From assembly GCA_031441465.1 (NCBI GenBank), contig JANOEP010000066.1, positions 1-64,000 on the forward strand: 64,000 bases of DNA. Direction: 5' to 3'. Numbering within the stretch: position 1 is the first letter of the stretch; each line of letters opens with the position of its first letter. Both the position numbers and the translations under genes were made by a program. The notes beneath the pieces were generated by a model. It saw nothing but the letters and a program-made list of their open reading frames with translations, was not told the DNA's origin and did not search any database. The DNA is from a bacterium. Its GTDB lineage: Bacteria; Krumholzibacteriota; Krumholzibacteriia; LZORAL124-64-63. Shown here in pieces: positions 26,997-36,419 of this stretch.

Positions 26997-27338
26997 CTAG
27001 GGCTGGAACAGGATCCGGCCGCAGCTCTCGCAGGACATCACCCGGTTCACGTTGGTCACCGAGGTGAAGGCCGTGGGCACGTTGGCGAAGCAGCCCGTGC
27101 AGTGGCCGTCCCAGACCGGGACCACGGGATTCTCGAAGCGCGTCTTGAGCCGCAGGTAGTAGCTGCGGTGGCGCGGTTCGATCTGCTCGAGCAGGCCGGC
27201 GATGTCGCGCTGGATCTTCTCGACGCTCATGGGGAAGCCCATCGTCTCGAGCGCCTTCGCCTTGACTTCGTCCTGGGCGTCCCGCAGCTGCAGTTCCAGG
27301 TTCTGGATCGAGACCAAGAGAGCTAGCTGTCGGTTCAT
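26997..27338 (-). CDS. C4-type zinc ribbon domain protein
   Basis: Coiled-coil N-terminus, CTGC...CESCGRILF; ATG 27338 overlaps EIIA stop, GGAGG RBS. Confidence 0.85.
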   Translation of the reverse strand: MNRQLALLVSIQNLELQLRDAQDEVKAKALETMGFPMSVEKIQRDIAGLLEQIEPRHRSYYLRLKTRFENPVVPVWDGHCTGCFANVPTAFTSVTNVNRVMSCESCGRILFQP

Positions 27339-27802
27339 CCCTGTCCCTCCGTCAAAACCAGGCAGAATGCGGCGTAATCGGCGGCCTGCAGCGCGGCTTC
27401 GCGCAGCGCGGGGTCCTGCATCTTCTCGGTCAGGACGGCGAGCGAGCGGATGTACTGGTTGCCCGTATCCTGGGGCGGCGCGATCAGCATGAAGAACAGG
27501 TGGGTCGGGCCGCCGTCCATCGAGTCGAAGTCCACGCCCTGGCGCGATCGCGCCACGATGATGATCAGGTTCTGCGCCGCGAGCGTGCGGCCGTGCGGGA
27601 AGGCCACGCCCGGACCGACGGCGGTGCTGCCCAGGGCCTCGCGGCTCTTGAGCATCTCCAGGATCGTTTCCTTGTTGGTGATCGGGGACCCCGCGAGCAG
27701 GGCGTCGGCCATCTCGGCGAGCACGCCTTCCTTGTCGTTGGCCTGCAACTCCCCGATGAAGCGGGTTTCGGAGGTGAGTTGCAGGACGTCCTTGATGTCC
27801 AT
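27335..27802 (-). CDS. stand-alone PTS EIIA (Ntr-type) protein
   Basis: REALGSTAVGPGVAFPHGR, GVDFDSMDG motifs. Confidence 0.92.
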   Translation of the reverse strand: MDIKDVLQLTSETRFIGELQANDKEGVLAEMADALLAGSPITNKETILEMLKSREALGSTAVGPGVAFPHGRTLAAQNLIIIVARSRQGVDFDSMDGGPTHLFFMLIAPPQDTGNQYIRSLAVLTEKMQDPALREAALQAADYAAFCLVLTEGQG

Positions 27803-27938
27803 GGCGACCGCCTTGTTCTGCGCAATGTTTCCCTGCATGATTGATCCTGGCAAAGCTAACCAATAGACTGTTGTTCCTCAAGGTGCAAATCGGTCCGCGA
27901 TCCGCCCCGCGGCGGCCGGACCCGGGGGGAGGCGCGGC

Positions 27939-28922
27939 GTGGAACTCAGCGACGAGGGTGTCGGTGCGTGCGGGGAAGGCGTGGTCATCAACGCCGGCAG
28001 CGGCCACTGCACGGTGGTTTGCGGCGGGCGGGAGATCCCGTGCCGCCTGCGCGGCCGGCTCAAGCAGGGGCTGCAGACCGAGCGGACGCTCGTCGTGGCC
28101 GGCGACCGCGTGCGCATCGCCCCGGTGCCCGGGGACCCGGCCATCGCCGTGGTGGAGGAGGTCCTGCCCCGGCGCAACCGGATCTCCCGGACCTCGTCCA
28201 AGCGCGAGCGCGGGCGCCGGGAACAGGTCATGATGGCCAACCTCGACCAGGTGGTCGTCGTGCAGTCGGTCCGCCAGCCCGAACCCTCCGGCGGCCTCGT
28301 CGACCGCCTGCTGGTCGCCGCCGAGCGCTACGAGGTCGAGGGGGTGCTCTGCCTGAACAAGGTGGACCTCGACCCGGCCGCCGCCGCCGCCGCGCCGGTC
28401 TGGGATCACTACCGCGCCGTCGGCTACCAGGTGCTGCGGACCTCCGTGGTGACCGGCGAGGGCATCGACGCGTTCCGCGACCGACTGCAGGGGCGGATCT
28501 CCCTGCTGCTCGGCGCGTCGGGCACCGGCAAGAGTTCGCTGCTGGCCAGGGCCACCGGCCTGCGGTTGCGGATCGGCGAGGTGACGGCCAAGACCGGCCT
28601 GGGCCGGCACACCACGACCCAGACCGAACTCTATCCCCTGGGCAACGGCGGCTTCATCGCCGACACGCCGGGCATCCGCGGCTTCGACCCCTGGGACGTG
28701 GCGCCGATCGAACTGCGGGAGTGGTTCCCCGATTTCACGGGGCCCGCCCAGACCTGTCGCTATGACACCTGCCTGCACCGCGACGAGCCCGACTGCGGGG
28801 TCAAGCGGGCGGTGGCCGGCGGCGAACTGCCCGCCTGGCGCCACGCCGCATACCTGGGCATCCTGAAAGACCTTCAAGAGCGGGAGAATGTGCGGGGGCC
28901 TCAGCGCAGGAGGTCGTCGTAG
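27939..28922 (+). CDS. rsgA: ribosome small subunit-dependent GTPase A
   Basis: NKVD, GASGTGKSS, GRHTTT, DTPG, C....C.H..EP.C zinc site. Confidence 0.96.
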   Translation: MELSDEGVGACGEGVVINAGSGHCTVVCGGREIPCRLRGRLKQGLQTERTLVVAGDRVRIAPVPGDPAIAVVEEVLPRRNRISRTSSKRERGRREQVMMANLDQVVVVQSVRQPEPSGGLVDRLLVAAERYEVEGVLCLNKVDLDPAAAAAAPVWDHYRAVGYQVLRTSVVTGEGIDAFRDRLQGRISLLLGASGTGKSSLLARATGLRLRIGEVTAKTGLGRHTTTQTELYPLGNGGFIADTPGIRGFDPWDVAPIELREWFPDFTGPAQTCRYDTCLHRDEPDCGVKRAVAGGELPAWRHAAYLGILKDLQERENVRGPQRRRSS

Positions 28923-29140
28923 AAGATGATCGCCTCGGCGCCCTCGTGGAGCAGGCGGTCGAGCGGTCGGAAGCCGGTGTGGTCGTGGTAGGCGACGGCG
29001 TGGTCGGCGCGCTGCGCCTCCCACCAGCCCGGCAGGGCGAAGCCGAGGAGCAGGTCGGAGCGGGCCGTGACCTCGTAATGGAGCAACCCGGTCGCCAGGG
29101 TGACGACGGCCGTCAGACCGAATAATTGCAGGGCACGCAC
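28901..29140 (-). CDS. small hypothetical membrane-anchored protein (79 aa)
   Basis: GTG 29140 with GGAGG RBS, N-terminal hydrophobic helix, sigma54-type promoter just upstream; 22-bp convergent overlap with rsgA. Confidence 0.65.
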   Translation of the reverse strand: MRALQLFGLTAVVTLATGLLHYEVTARSDLLLGFALPGWWEAQRADHAVAYHDHTGFRPLDRLLHEGAEAIIFYDDLLR

Positions 29141-29166
29141 GTCGGGGACCTCCGAGGCGGTCGAGA

Positions 29167-29182
29167 AGCAACCGGGGTGCCA
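29167..29182 (-). promoter_or_regulatory. sigma54 (-24/-12) promoter
   Basis: TGGCAC-CCCGG-TTGCT on the minus strand. Confidence 0.75.
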
Positions 29183-29191
29183 GGAGGGCCT

Positions 29192-30325
29192 TTGAGGGAG
29201 CATTCCATCCGAAAAGGCATAAAAAGGGGCGTTTCCGGCGCTCTGGCCCGGCTTTGCCGCCGCCGGCCGGTGACCCCGGACCAGCTGTTCGCCGACCCTC
29301 CGCGCCGGATCCTGGTGGTGCGCCAGCACAACCAGATGGGCGACATGGTCTGCGCGACGCCGGCCCTGCGCGCCTTGCGCCAGTCGTTCCCTCGGGCCGA
29401 GATCGCGCTGGTCTGTGCGCCGGTCAACCGGGATGTCGTCCTGCACAACCCGCACCTCGATCGGGTGCTGGTGTTCGACAAGCGGGCCTGCACCCACCCG
29501 CTCCCTCTGCTGCGTTTCATCGGTGAGTTGCGCCGGTTCCGGCCCGACGCGGCCTTCGTCCTGAACTCGGTCTCCTATTCGGTGACCAGCGCCGCGCTCG
29601 CCGCCGTCAGCGGCGCGCCGCTGTTGATCGGGGGCGACAGCCTGCCGTACGGCTTCGACATCAGCCGGCACGCCTACTCCCTGGTGATGCCGTCGCGGCC
29701 CGAACTCGACCGCCACGCCGTGGACCACAACCTCGCGCCGCTGGAGTCCATCGGGATCGTCACCGCGGACCGCAGCACCGTGGTGGTGCCGGCGGTCGCG
29801 GAAGAGGCGGCCGCGCGCGAGATCGACGATCTTGTGCCCGGCGCGGGCGGGCTGTGGATCCTGCATCCGGGCGCCGGGAAGGCGCAGAACCAGTGGCCCG
29901 CCCCCCGCTTCGCCGAAGTGGCCGCCCGGGCGGTGCGTGACGGCCGGCGCGTGCTGGTCCTGCAGGGGCCGGCCGACGGACCGGCGATGGCGGATTTCTC
30001 GGCGGCCCTGGACGGGCTTCTGGCACCGCTGGGGCTGGCTCCGCCGCCGATCAACCCGCCGGTCACGGTCGGGGTCTGCGCGGCCTTGCTGACGCGGGCC
30101 GAACGCTTCCTGTGCAACGACACCGGACTGATGCACGTGGCGGGTGCGGTGCGGGCGCCGACCCTGGCCCTGTTCGGGCCCACCGATCCGGCCCTCTGGG
30201 GCCCCCAGGCCCCTGAAGTAGCTTGCCTGCGCGGCGCGCAGGGGCGCCTGGAGGCGCTCGACACCGACACCGTCTGGGATCGTTGGCGGCGTCTGCCGCC
30301 GCGGTCCAACCCGACCAGGGGATAG
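29192..30325 (+). CDS. glycosyltransferase family 9 (LPS heptosyltransferase-like)
   Basis: MGDMV..TP, HPGAG...W, NDTGLMHVA.A, LFGPT motifs; TTG after AGGAGG. Confidence 0.92.
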   Translation: MREHSIRKGIKRGVSGALARLCRRRPVTPDQLFADPPRRILVVRQHNQMGDMVCATPALRALRQSFPRAEIALVCAPVNRDVVLHNPHLDRVLVFDKRACTHPLPLLRFIGELRRFRPDAAFVLNSVSYSVTSAALAAVSGAPLLIGGDSLPYGFDISRHAYSLVMPSRPELDRHAVDHNLAPLESIGIVTADRSTVVVPAVAEEAAAREIDDLVPGAGGLWILHPGAGKAQNQWPAPRFAEVAARAVRDGRRVLVLQGPADGPAMADFSAALDGLLAPLGLAPPPINPPVTVGVCAALLTRAERFLCNDTGLMHVAGAVRAPTLALFGPTDPALWGPQAPEVACLRGAQGRLEALDTDTVWDRWRRLPPRSNPTRG

Positions 30326-30327
30326 GC

Positions 30328-30999
30328 ATGCACACACCGATCGCGATCCTGGTGCTTTTGTTCTCCCTCACCTTCCACGAGTTCGCCCACGCGCGGGCGG
30401 CCCTGCGCCTGGGGGACGACACGGCGCAGCGCCTGGGCCGGGTCTCGTTGAACCCGCTGGCCCACATCGATCCCGTCGGCACGATCATCGTGCCGGTGGT
30501 GATGGCCCTGTTGCCGGGCGGCATGATCTTCGGCTGGGCCAAGCCCGTGCCCGTGGACGAGCGCCGCCTCGCCAGCCCCCTGCGCGACCAGGCCCTGATC
30601 GCGGCCGCCGGACCGATCAGCAACCTCATCCTGGCCGCCGTCTTCGCGATCGGCCTCGGCCTCACGCTGGCCGGCGGCCACCGCGGACCCTTCGCGACCT
30701 TGGCCGGAGGTGACGTCGGTGCCTTCCTGCGGCTGCTCTGCCAGTGGGGGGTCAGCCTCAACGTGCTGCTGGCCTTGTTCAACCTGATCCCCCTGCCGCC
30801 CCTGGACGGCAGCTGGATCATGCGCCTGGCCCTGCGCGGCGACGCGCGCGCCTCGTACGAGCGGTTGCGGCCCTACGGCTTCCTGATGGTGCTGGTGCTG
30901 ATGTACGCGGGCCTGGGCGGCGTGCTGGGGCGGGGCGTCGCCGTGGTCGGGGGCTGGTACCTCGAGGTGGCGCTGGCCGTGGGCGGCCTGCTGACGTAG
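30328..30999 (+). CDS. site-2 protease family (M50) protein
   Basis: HEFAH, NPLAHIDP, GWAKPVP, AAGP.SN, FNLIPLPPLDG. Confidence 0.95.
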   Translation: MHTPIAILVLLFSLTFHEFAHARAALRLGDDTAQRLGRVSLNPLAHIDPVGTIIVPVVMALLPGGMIFGWAKPVPVDERRLASPLRDQALIAAAGPISNLILAAVFAIGLGLTLAGGHRGPFATLAGGDVGAFLRLLCQWGVSLNVLLALFNLIPLPPLDGSWIMRLALRGDARASYERLRPYGFLMVLVLMYAGLGGVLGRGVAVVGGWYLEVALAVGGLLT

Positions 31000-31038
31000 G
31001 CGGCGGCCACGACCGGCGCGGGCGGACGGCGCACGAGA

Positions 31039-31067
31039 ACGCCGGAACCCACGGGGGGTTCCGGCGT
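31039..31067. terminator. hairpin between convergent genes
   Basis: ACGCCGGAACCC-5 nt loop-GGGTTCCGGCGT, perfect 12-bp stem; no U-tract. Confidence 0.55.
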
Positions 31068-31103
31068 CTCCATCGGCCCGACGCGCGTTGGCGCCGTGGC
31101 GGT

Positions 31104-31526
31104 TCAGTGGTCGTAGATGGCGATGTCGTAGCCCTGATAGGGGTTGTCGTCCACCATGACCGTCACCGTCGCGACCGCGCTCTCGTTGTCGTTCACGTCC
31201 ACGGCCGAGACACGGTAGACGTTCTCGCCGACCATGGGGCTCTCGTCGACGTACCAGGTTTCGGAAATCGGAGCCGGGCACATCGTCGCGACCCGCGTGC
31301 CGTTGGCGCGGTAGACCATGTAGCCGGCCAGATCCGCGTCGGTGTTGTTCGGAGCCCAGTGCACGATCACCTGGGCCTCGATGATCTCGCCGAGGATGTC
31401 CACGGGAACCGCCGGGGGCGCCGTGTCGACGATGGTCGGCGGGCGGGTCACGTCGTCGCTGCCGCAACCGGCCAGCAACGCCAAGCACCCCAGCCCTGTG
31501 ATCAGCAACTTCGTCTTACCTGCCAC
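31104..31526 (-). CDS. lipoprotein with a fibronectin type III-like domain
   Basis: Lipobox LLAGC; DTAPPAVP..W......DLAGY.VYR...YRVSAVD...NES; GTG after AAGGAGG. Confidence 0.85.
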   Translation of the reverse strand: MAGKTKLLITGLGCLALLAGCGSDDVTRPPTIVDTAPPAVPVDILGEIIEAQVIVHWAPNNTDADLAGYMVYRANGTRVATMCPAPISETWYVDESPMVGENVYRVSAVDVNDNESAVATVTVMVDDNPYQGYDIAIYDH

Positions 31527-31625
31527 CTTGGTTCCTCCTTGACCAGCCTCACGTTGCACCGGAGGCGCCGCGTGGGGGCGCGTCTTGGACTGCTCCGGTC
31601 TCGATCGCACTTGCGAGCAGGAAGC

Positions 31626-31641
31626 TGCAAGGGAGGTGCCA
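31626..31641 (-). promoter_or_regulatory. sigma54 (-24/-12) promoter
   Basis: TGGCAC-CTCCC-TTGCA on the minus strand, 100 bp upstream of the lipoprotein start. Confidence 0.75.
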
Positions 31642-31836
31642 GCGGTCGCGCCCGGTCGAGATGAGCCCGCCACGATGGTAATTCCTTGGGGCCAATGAGG
31701 TTGCGGACGGGACGATCGATGCCGAGGCTACCCCGGGCTTCCTCGTGATGCCCGGGAACGGACCGCCGGGCCCCGTCTTGCACGGATCGGCCCGGCCCGC
31801 CGGGCAGTTTGCATCCCGCGCATCCTTGAAATGTCC

Positions 31837-31865
31837 TTGACAGCAAGGAAGTTAAGCGGGACGAT
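31837..31865 (+). promoter_or_regulatory. sigma70-type promoter for the HU/IHF operon
   Basis: TTGACA-N17-GACGAT. Confidence 0.5.
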
Positions 31866-31940
31866 GGGTCCGGCGCTGCGAAGTCGGCCGTCGCGGGGAG
31901 ACGATGCCGCGCTGGATGTTCAGCGGGAAAGGGGGACCTG

Positions 31941-32222
31941 ATGACCAAGGCGGATATTGTCGAGGATATCGCTCAAAAGACGGGTCTGACCAAGAAGGAA
32001 GTCGGGGAGACGGTGGACCTTTTCCTCGAGCAGGTGAGCGACCTGCTTTCCCAGGGTCGCCATCTCGAGATCCGGGGCTTCGGCACCTTCAAGGTGAAGG
32101 AGCGCAAGGAGCGCATGGCCCGCAACCCCCGGACGGGGGACGCCGTGCCTGTGCCGTCGCGCCGCGTGCCGGTGTTCAAGGTCTCGAAGATGCTCAAGGA
32201 CAAGGTGGCCCACCACTCCTGA
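31941..32222 (+). CDS. HU/IHF family DNA-binding protein
   Basis: [24 protein letters not shown] motifs. Confidence 0.96.
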   Translation: MTKADIVEDIAQKTGLTKKEVGETVDLFLEQVSDLLSQGRHLEIRGFGTFKVKERKERMARNPRTGDAVPVPSRRVPVFKVSKMLKDKVAHHS

Positions 32223-32317
32223 GACCTCGTGCGCCCGATGTGGCAGCCGAATGTTTGATCCGGCCTTCCCGCCCGACGCGGGGAGGCCGGTCGCCTGTCC
32301 CGCCCCGGAGGTGCCCC

Positions 32318-33352
32318 ATGCTGGATCTGCGCAGCGATACCGTGACCCGGCCCGACGCGGGGATGCGCCGCGCGATCGCCGAGGCCGAGGTCGGGGACGA
32401 CGTCTTCGGCGACGACCCGACCGTCAACCGCCTGCAGGAGCGCACCGCCGCGCTGCTGGGCAAGGAAGCCGCCATCTTCGTGCCCAGCGGCACCATGGCC
32501 AACCAGATCGCGCTGCGCGTCCAGACCCGTCCCGGCGACCAGGTGGTCTGCGAGGCCGACTGCCACATCTACCGCTACGAGCAAGGAGGACCGGCGGCCC
32601 TGTCGGGACTGCTGCTGGCCTGCGTGGCCGGCGATCGCGGCGCGCTGCCGTGGTCCGCCATCCTGCCGGTCCTGAATCCCGACGACGATCACGCCGCCCG
32701 GCCGGCGCTGATCTGCCTCGAGAACACGCACAACCGGGCCGGCGGGCGCATCCTGCCCCAGGATCAGGTGGTCGAGGTCGGTCACGAGGCGCACGCCCGC
32801 GGCCTGCGGCTGCACCTGGACGGAGCCCGGCTGTGGAACGTCCACGCCGCGACGGGAACCGCTCTGGCGGAACTGGCCGCGCCCGCCGACACCGTCAGCG
32901 TCTGCTTCTCCAAGGGGCTCGGCGCACCGGTGGGCTCGGTCTTGGCCGGCGGCGCCGCGGTGATCCGCGAGGCCCGGCGCGCCCGCAAGCTCTACGGCGG
33001 CGGCATGCGGCAGGTGGGGATCCTGGCTGCGGCCTGTCTCCACGCCCTGGACCACAACCTGCCCCGACTCGTCCAGGACCACGAACACGCCCGTCTGCTG
33101 GTCGAAGGTCTGGACAACCCGGCCCTCAGGCTCGATCATCCGGTCGAGACGAACATCGTCATCCTGCGGGTCGCCGACGAGCGGCACTTGCTCGAACACC
33201 TGCGCGGGAGCGGCATCCTGGCCGTGCCGTTCGGACCCGGGCGCGTGCGCCTGGTGCCGAACCTCATGATCACCCGCGAAGGAATCCTGGCGGTGCAGGA
33301 CGCGCTGGACGCCTACCGCGCTCCCGCGCCCGCGGGCTCGGACCAGTCTTGA
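32318..33352 (+). CDS. ltaE: low-specificity L-threonine aldolase
   Basis: [47 protein letters not shown]. Confidence 0.93.
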   Translation: MLDLRSDTVTRPDAGMRRAIAEAEVGDDVFGDDPTVNRLQERTAALLGKEAAIFVPSGTMANQIALRVQTRPGDQVVCEADCHIYRYEQGGPAALSGLLLACVAGDRGALPWSAILPVLNPDDDHAARPALICLENTHNRAGGRILPQDQVVEVGHEAHARGLRLHLDGARLWNVHAATGTALAELAAPADTVSVCFSKGLGAPVGSVLAGGAAVIREARRARKLYGGGMRQVGILAAACLHALDHNLPRLVQDHEHARLLVEGLDNPALRLDHPVETNIVILRVADERHLLEHLRGSGILAVPFGPGRVRLVPNLMITREGILAVQDALDAYRAPAPAGSDQS

Positions 33353-33380
33353 GGGGAACCGACTCTTGAGGGGAACCGAC
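33347..33380 (+). repeat. perfect 17-bp tandem duplication
   Basis: TCTTGAGGGGAACCGAC x2 (33347-33363, 33364-33380). Confidence 0.95.
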
Positions 33381-34202
33381 ATGGCGGCTGCCTCGAACTG
33401 GGACTGGTTGATCCCCGCGGCGCACGTCGAGCGCGAGACCGTCGCGTTCCTGCGCGCCACCGTCGCGGCCTCCGGCGCGACGGGTGTCGTGATCGGCCTC
33501 TCGGGGGGGATCGATTCGGCCGTGAGCGCCGCGCTGGCGGTGCGGGCCCTGGGTCCCGGGGCCGTGCTCGGGGTCTACCTGCCGTACCGCACCAGCAACC
33601 CGGACTCGTTGACCGACGCGACCGCGGTGGCCGCCGGGCTGGGCATCCGCTCCGAACGGCGCGACATCACCGACCTCGCCGACGCCTACCTGCGCGACGT
33701 TCCACCCGGAGCCGGCCTGCGCCGCGGGAACGTGATGGCGCGCTGCCGTATGATCGTCCTCTACGATCTCTCGGCGCGCGACCGCACCCTGGTGCTCGGC
33801 ACCGGGAACCGCACCGAAACACTGCTGGGCTACGCCACCCTGCACGGGGACGCGGCCTTCGGGCTGAATCCCCTGGGCGATCTCTACAAGGCTGAAGTGC
33901 GCGCGCTGGCGCGCCACCTGGGCCTGCCGGCGCCGGTCATCGAGAAGGCGCCGAGCGCCGATCTGTGGGCCGGCCAGACCGACGAAGACGAACTGGGTTT
34001 CACCTACGAACAGGCCGACCGTCTGCTGCACCACATGGTGGACCAGGGGCTGGACGACGGGCGGCTCGCGGGCCTGGGCTTCGCGCCGGAGCTGGTCGCC
34101 ACGGTCCGCGCCCGTGTCCGCGCGCAGGCCTTCAAGTGGCTGCCGGTGCCGACGGCGGTCTTCGCGGGGCGCCCGCTGCCCGACATCGCGGGCGGCTTCT
34201 GA
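33381..34202 (+). CDS. nadE: NH3-dependent NAD+ synthetase
   Basis: GLSGGIDS, N..AR.RM, GTGNRTE, GY.T..GD, PSADLW.GQTDE. Confidence 0.95.
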   Translation: MAAASNWDWLIPAAHVERETVAFLRATVAASGATGVVIGLSGGIDSAVSAALAVRALGPGAVLGVYLPYRTSNPDSLTDATAVAAGLGIRSERRDITDLADAYLRDVPPGAGLRRGNVMARCRMIVLYDLSARDRTLVLGTGNRTETLLGYATLHGDAAFGLNPLGDLYKAEVRALARHLGLPAPVIEKAPSADLWAGQTDEDELGFTYEQADRLLHHMVDQGLDDGRLAGLGFAPELVATVRARVRAQAFKWLPVPTAVFAGRPLPDIAGGF

Positions 34203-34203
34203 C

Positions 34204-34947
34204 GTGGAAACTCCGGAGCGCCCCGAAACGGTGCCGATCCCGGAACTCGCGGAGCCCGCGGGTTCCTGCCTGTTCGTGGCGACCCCGATCGGCAATCTGG
34301 GCGACGTGACGCTGCGCGCGCTCGGTGCGCTGCGCGACGCCGACCTTGTCTACGCCGAGGACACGCGGCGCACGCGGATCCTGCTGTCGCGTTACGGACT
34401 GCACGCCCGCATGGAACCCTATCACGATCACAACAAGGAGCGGCAGGCGCCGCGCGTGATCGAACGGGTGCGCCGCGGCGAGCGCGTGGTCGTGGTCAGC
34501 GACGCCGGCATGCCCGCGGTGGCCGATCCCGGCTACCTGATCGTCCAGGGTCTGCTCGAGGCCGGGTTGCCCTGGTCGGTGGCGCCCGGTCCGTCGAGCG
34601 TGCTGGCGGCGCTGGTGCTGTCGGGGTTCCCGACCGACCGGTTCCTGTTCACGGGCTACACGCCGCGCAAGCCAGGGAAGCTGCGGACCTACCTGGAGGA
34701 AGCGCTGGCGGAGCGCGGCACGGTGGTCATGCTCGAATCCTGCCACCGCATCCGCAAGACGCTCGCCGCGCTGGTCGAGGTGGCGCCCGACCGCGAGCTG
34801 GCGATCGCCCGCGAGATCACGAAGGTCCACGAGGAAACCCTGCGCGGCACGGCCGCCGAACTGCTGGAAGTCATGGAGGGCCCCCGCTTGAAGGGGGAGC
34901 TGGTGCTGCTGGCCCGCGGCCGGCCCGCCGGCGGAAGAGGAGTTTGA
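34204..34947 (+). CDS. rsmI: 16S rRNA (C1402-2'-O) methyltransferase
   Basis: VATPIGNL.D, AEDTR, SDAGMP..ADPG, REITKVHE, KGE. Confidence 0.95.
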   Translation: METPERPETVPIPELAEPAGSCLFVATPIGNLGDVTLRALGALRDADLVYAEDTRRTRILLSRYGLHARMEPYHDHNKERQAPRVIERVRRGERVVVVSDAGMPAVADPGYLIVQGLLEAGLPWSVAPGPSSVLAALVLSGFPTDRFLFTGYTPRKPGKLRTYLEEALAERGTVVMLESCHRIRKTLAALVEVAPDRELAIAREITKVHEETLRGTAAELLEVMEGPRLKGELVLLARGRPAGGRGV

Positions 34948-34948
34948 G

Positions 34949-35776
34949 ATGGACAGGATCGGACTGAAAGAGGCGGCCCGCGACAAGGTCCGGCCCCTGG
35001 TGCTGGCCCTGGACCGGGCCGGGGTGTCGCCCGACGGGGTGTCGCTCGCCGGGCTGGGGATCAGCGTCTTCGCCGCCTGGATCACGGCCGCCGGGCAGCT
35101 GTTCCTCGGAGCTTTGGTCCTGATCGTGGGTTCGGTGTTCGACATGCTGGACGGCGACCTGGCGCGCCTGCAGGGGCGGGCCAGCCGACGCGGCGCCTTC
35201 CTCGACTCCAACTTCGACCGCCTGTCCGAGGCGGCGGTCTACGCGGGGCTGGCCTGGTTCTACATGGAAGCCCTGTCCTGGCCCGACTCCGGCGCCGTCC
35301 TGCTGGTGATCCTCGCCTTGACCGGTTCGCTGACCACCAGCTACGCGCGCGCCCGCGCCGAAGGCCTCGGCGTCGCCTGCACGGGCGGCTGGCTGCAGCG
35401 CCCCGAGCGCATGGTCCTGCTGATCCTCGGCATGCTCCTCGGCCGGCACGTGCTGAAGCTGGTGCTGGCGCTGCTGGCCGCCGCGACCCTGTTCACCACG
35501 CTGCAGCGGATCGCCACGGTCAGCCGTGATCTGGGCGACGAGCAGCGCGCGGGCCCGCGACGGCCGTCGCGCGAGAACCCGTCCCGATCGGCGCCGATCG
35601 CCGCCGCGTCCGCCGGTCGCGAAGAGACGGCGGCCGTCCGGCCCGACCTCGAGGCAGGGCAGGTGGGCACGGCGCCCCCGCCTGCCGTGTCCGGTCCCGA
35701 TCCGGACGGCGAGGTCCGCCTCGAAGACCCCGACGACGATGACGACCCCTACGCGGACCTGCACCGCCGTGGCTGA
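34949..35776 (+). CDS. CDP-alcohol phosphatidyltransferase (PIP-synthase/PgsA1-like)
   Basis: D..DG..AR...G..LDS..DR..E, SYARARAEGLG, G..QRPER motifs; acidic low-complexity tail. Confidence 0.88.
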   Translation: MDRIGLKEAARDKVRPLVLALDRAGVSPDGVSLAGLGISVFAAWITAAGQLFLGALVLIVGSVFDMLDGDLARLQGRASRRGAFLDSNFDRLSEAAVYAGLAWFYMEALSWPDSGAVLLVILALTGSLTTSYARARAEGLGVACTGGWLQRPERMVLLILGMLLGRHVLKLVLALLAAATLFTTLQRIATVSRDLGDEQRAGPRRPSRENPSRSAPIAAASAGREETAAVRPDLEAGQVGTAPPPAVSGPDPDGEVRLEDPDDDDDPYADLHRRG

Positions 35777-36419
35777 TCCGGCCCGCCGGGGCCTGCTGGT
35801 CACTTTCGAGGGGCCCGAGGGCAGCGGCAAGTCGACGCTCATCCGCAGCCTCGCCGCGCGCCTGGAGGCGCTCGGCGGTCCGGTGGTGATGACGCGCGAA
35901 CCGGGTGGCACGCCCGTCGGCGAACGCATCCGGGCCGTGCTGCTGGACCCGTCGCTGCCGGAGCTGTGCCCCGAGACCGAACTGCTGCTGATGGTGGCCA
36001 GCCGGGCCCAGCTGGTCCGCGAGGTCGTGTCGCCCGCCCTCGCCGCCGGCCGGATCGTGCTCTGCGATCGCTACGCCGACGCGTCGGTCGCCTACCAAGG
36101 CGCCGGCCGGGAACTGGGCCGGACGCGGGTCGACGCCCTGAACGACTTCGCGCTGGCGGGTGCGGCGCCCGACCTGACCCTGCTCTGCCTGCTGCCACCG
36201 GCCGCCGGCCGCCGGCGCCTCGGGGACCGCGATCCCGACCGGCTCGAGCGGGAATCGGGCGCCTTCCACGAGCGGGTTTACGCCGCTTACCTCGCCATGG
36301 CCGCGTCCGGCGACCCCCGTTTCCGCACGCTCGACGCGACCGCCCCGCCCGCCGGCCAGGTCGAGCAGGCCGTCGCCCATCTGCGCAGTCTGGAACACGA
36401 TTTGCTGACGGGGTTATAA
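35769..36419 (+). CDS. tmk: thymidylate kinase
   Basis: FEGPEGSGKST, TREPGGT, DRY..AS.AYQG, DRLE. Confidence 0.96.
   Translation: MADPARRGLLVTFEGPEGSGKSTLIRSLAARLEALGGPVVMTREPGGTPVGERIRAVLLDPSLPELCPETELLLMVASRAQLVREVVSPALAAGRIVLCDRYADASVAYQGAGRELGRTRVDALNDFALAGAAPDLTLLCLLPPAAGRRRLGDRDPDRLERESGAFHERVYAAYLAMAASGDPRFRTLDATAPPAGQVEQAVAHLRSLEHDLLTGL
36391..36406 (+). promoter_or_regulatory. possible sigma54 promoter within the 3' end of tmk
   Basis: TGGAAC-ACGAT-TTGCT about 80 bp upstream of the S41 peptidase; TATAAT also at 36415-36420. Confidence 0.5.

Noticed and set aside
33347..33380. CRISPR-like repeat
   Set aside because: Only two directly adjacent copies, with no spacer and no cas genes.
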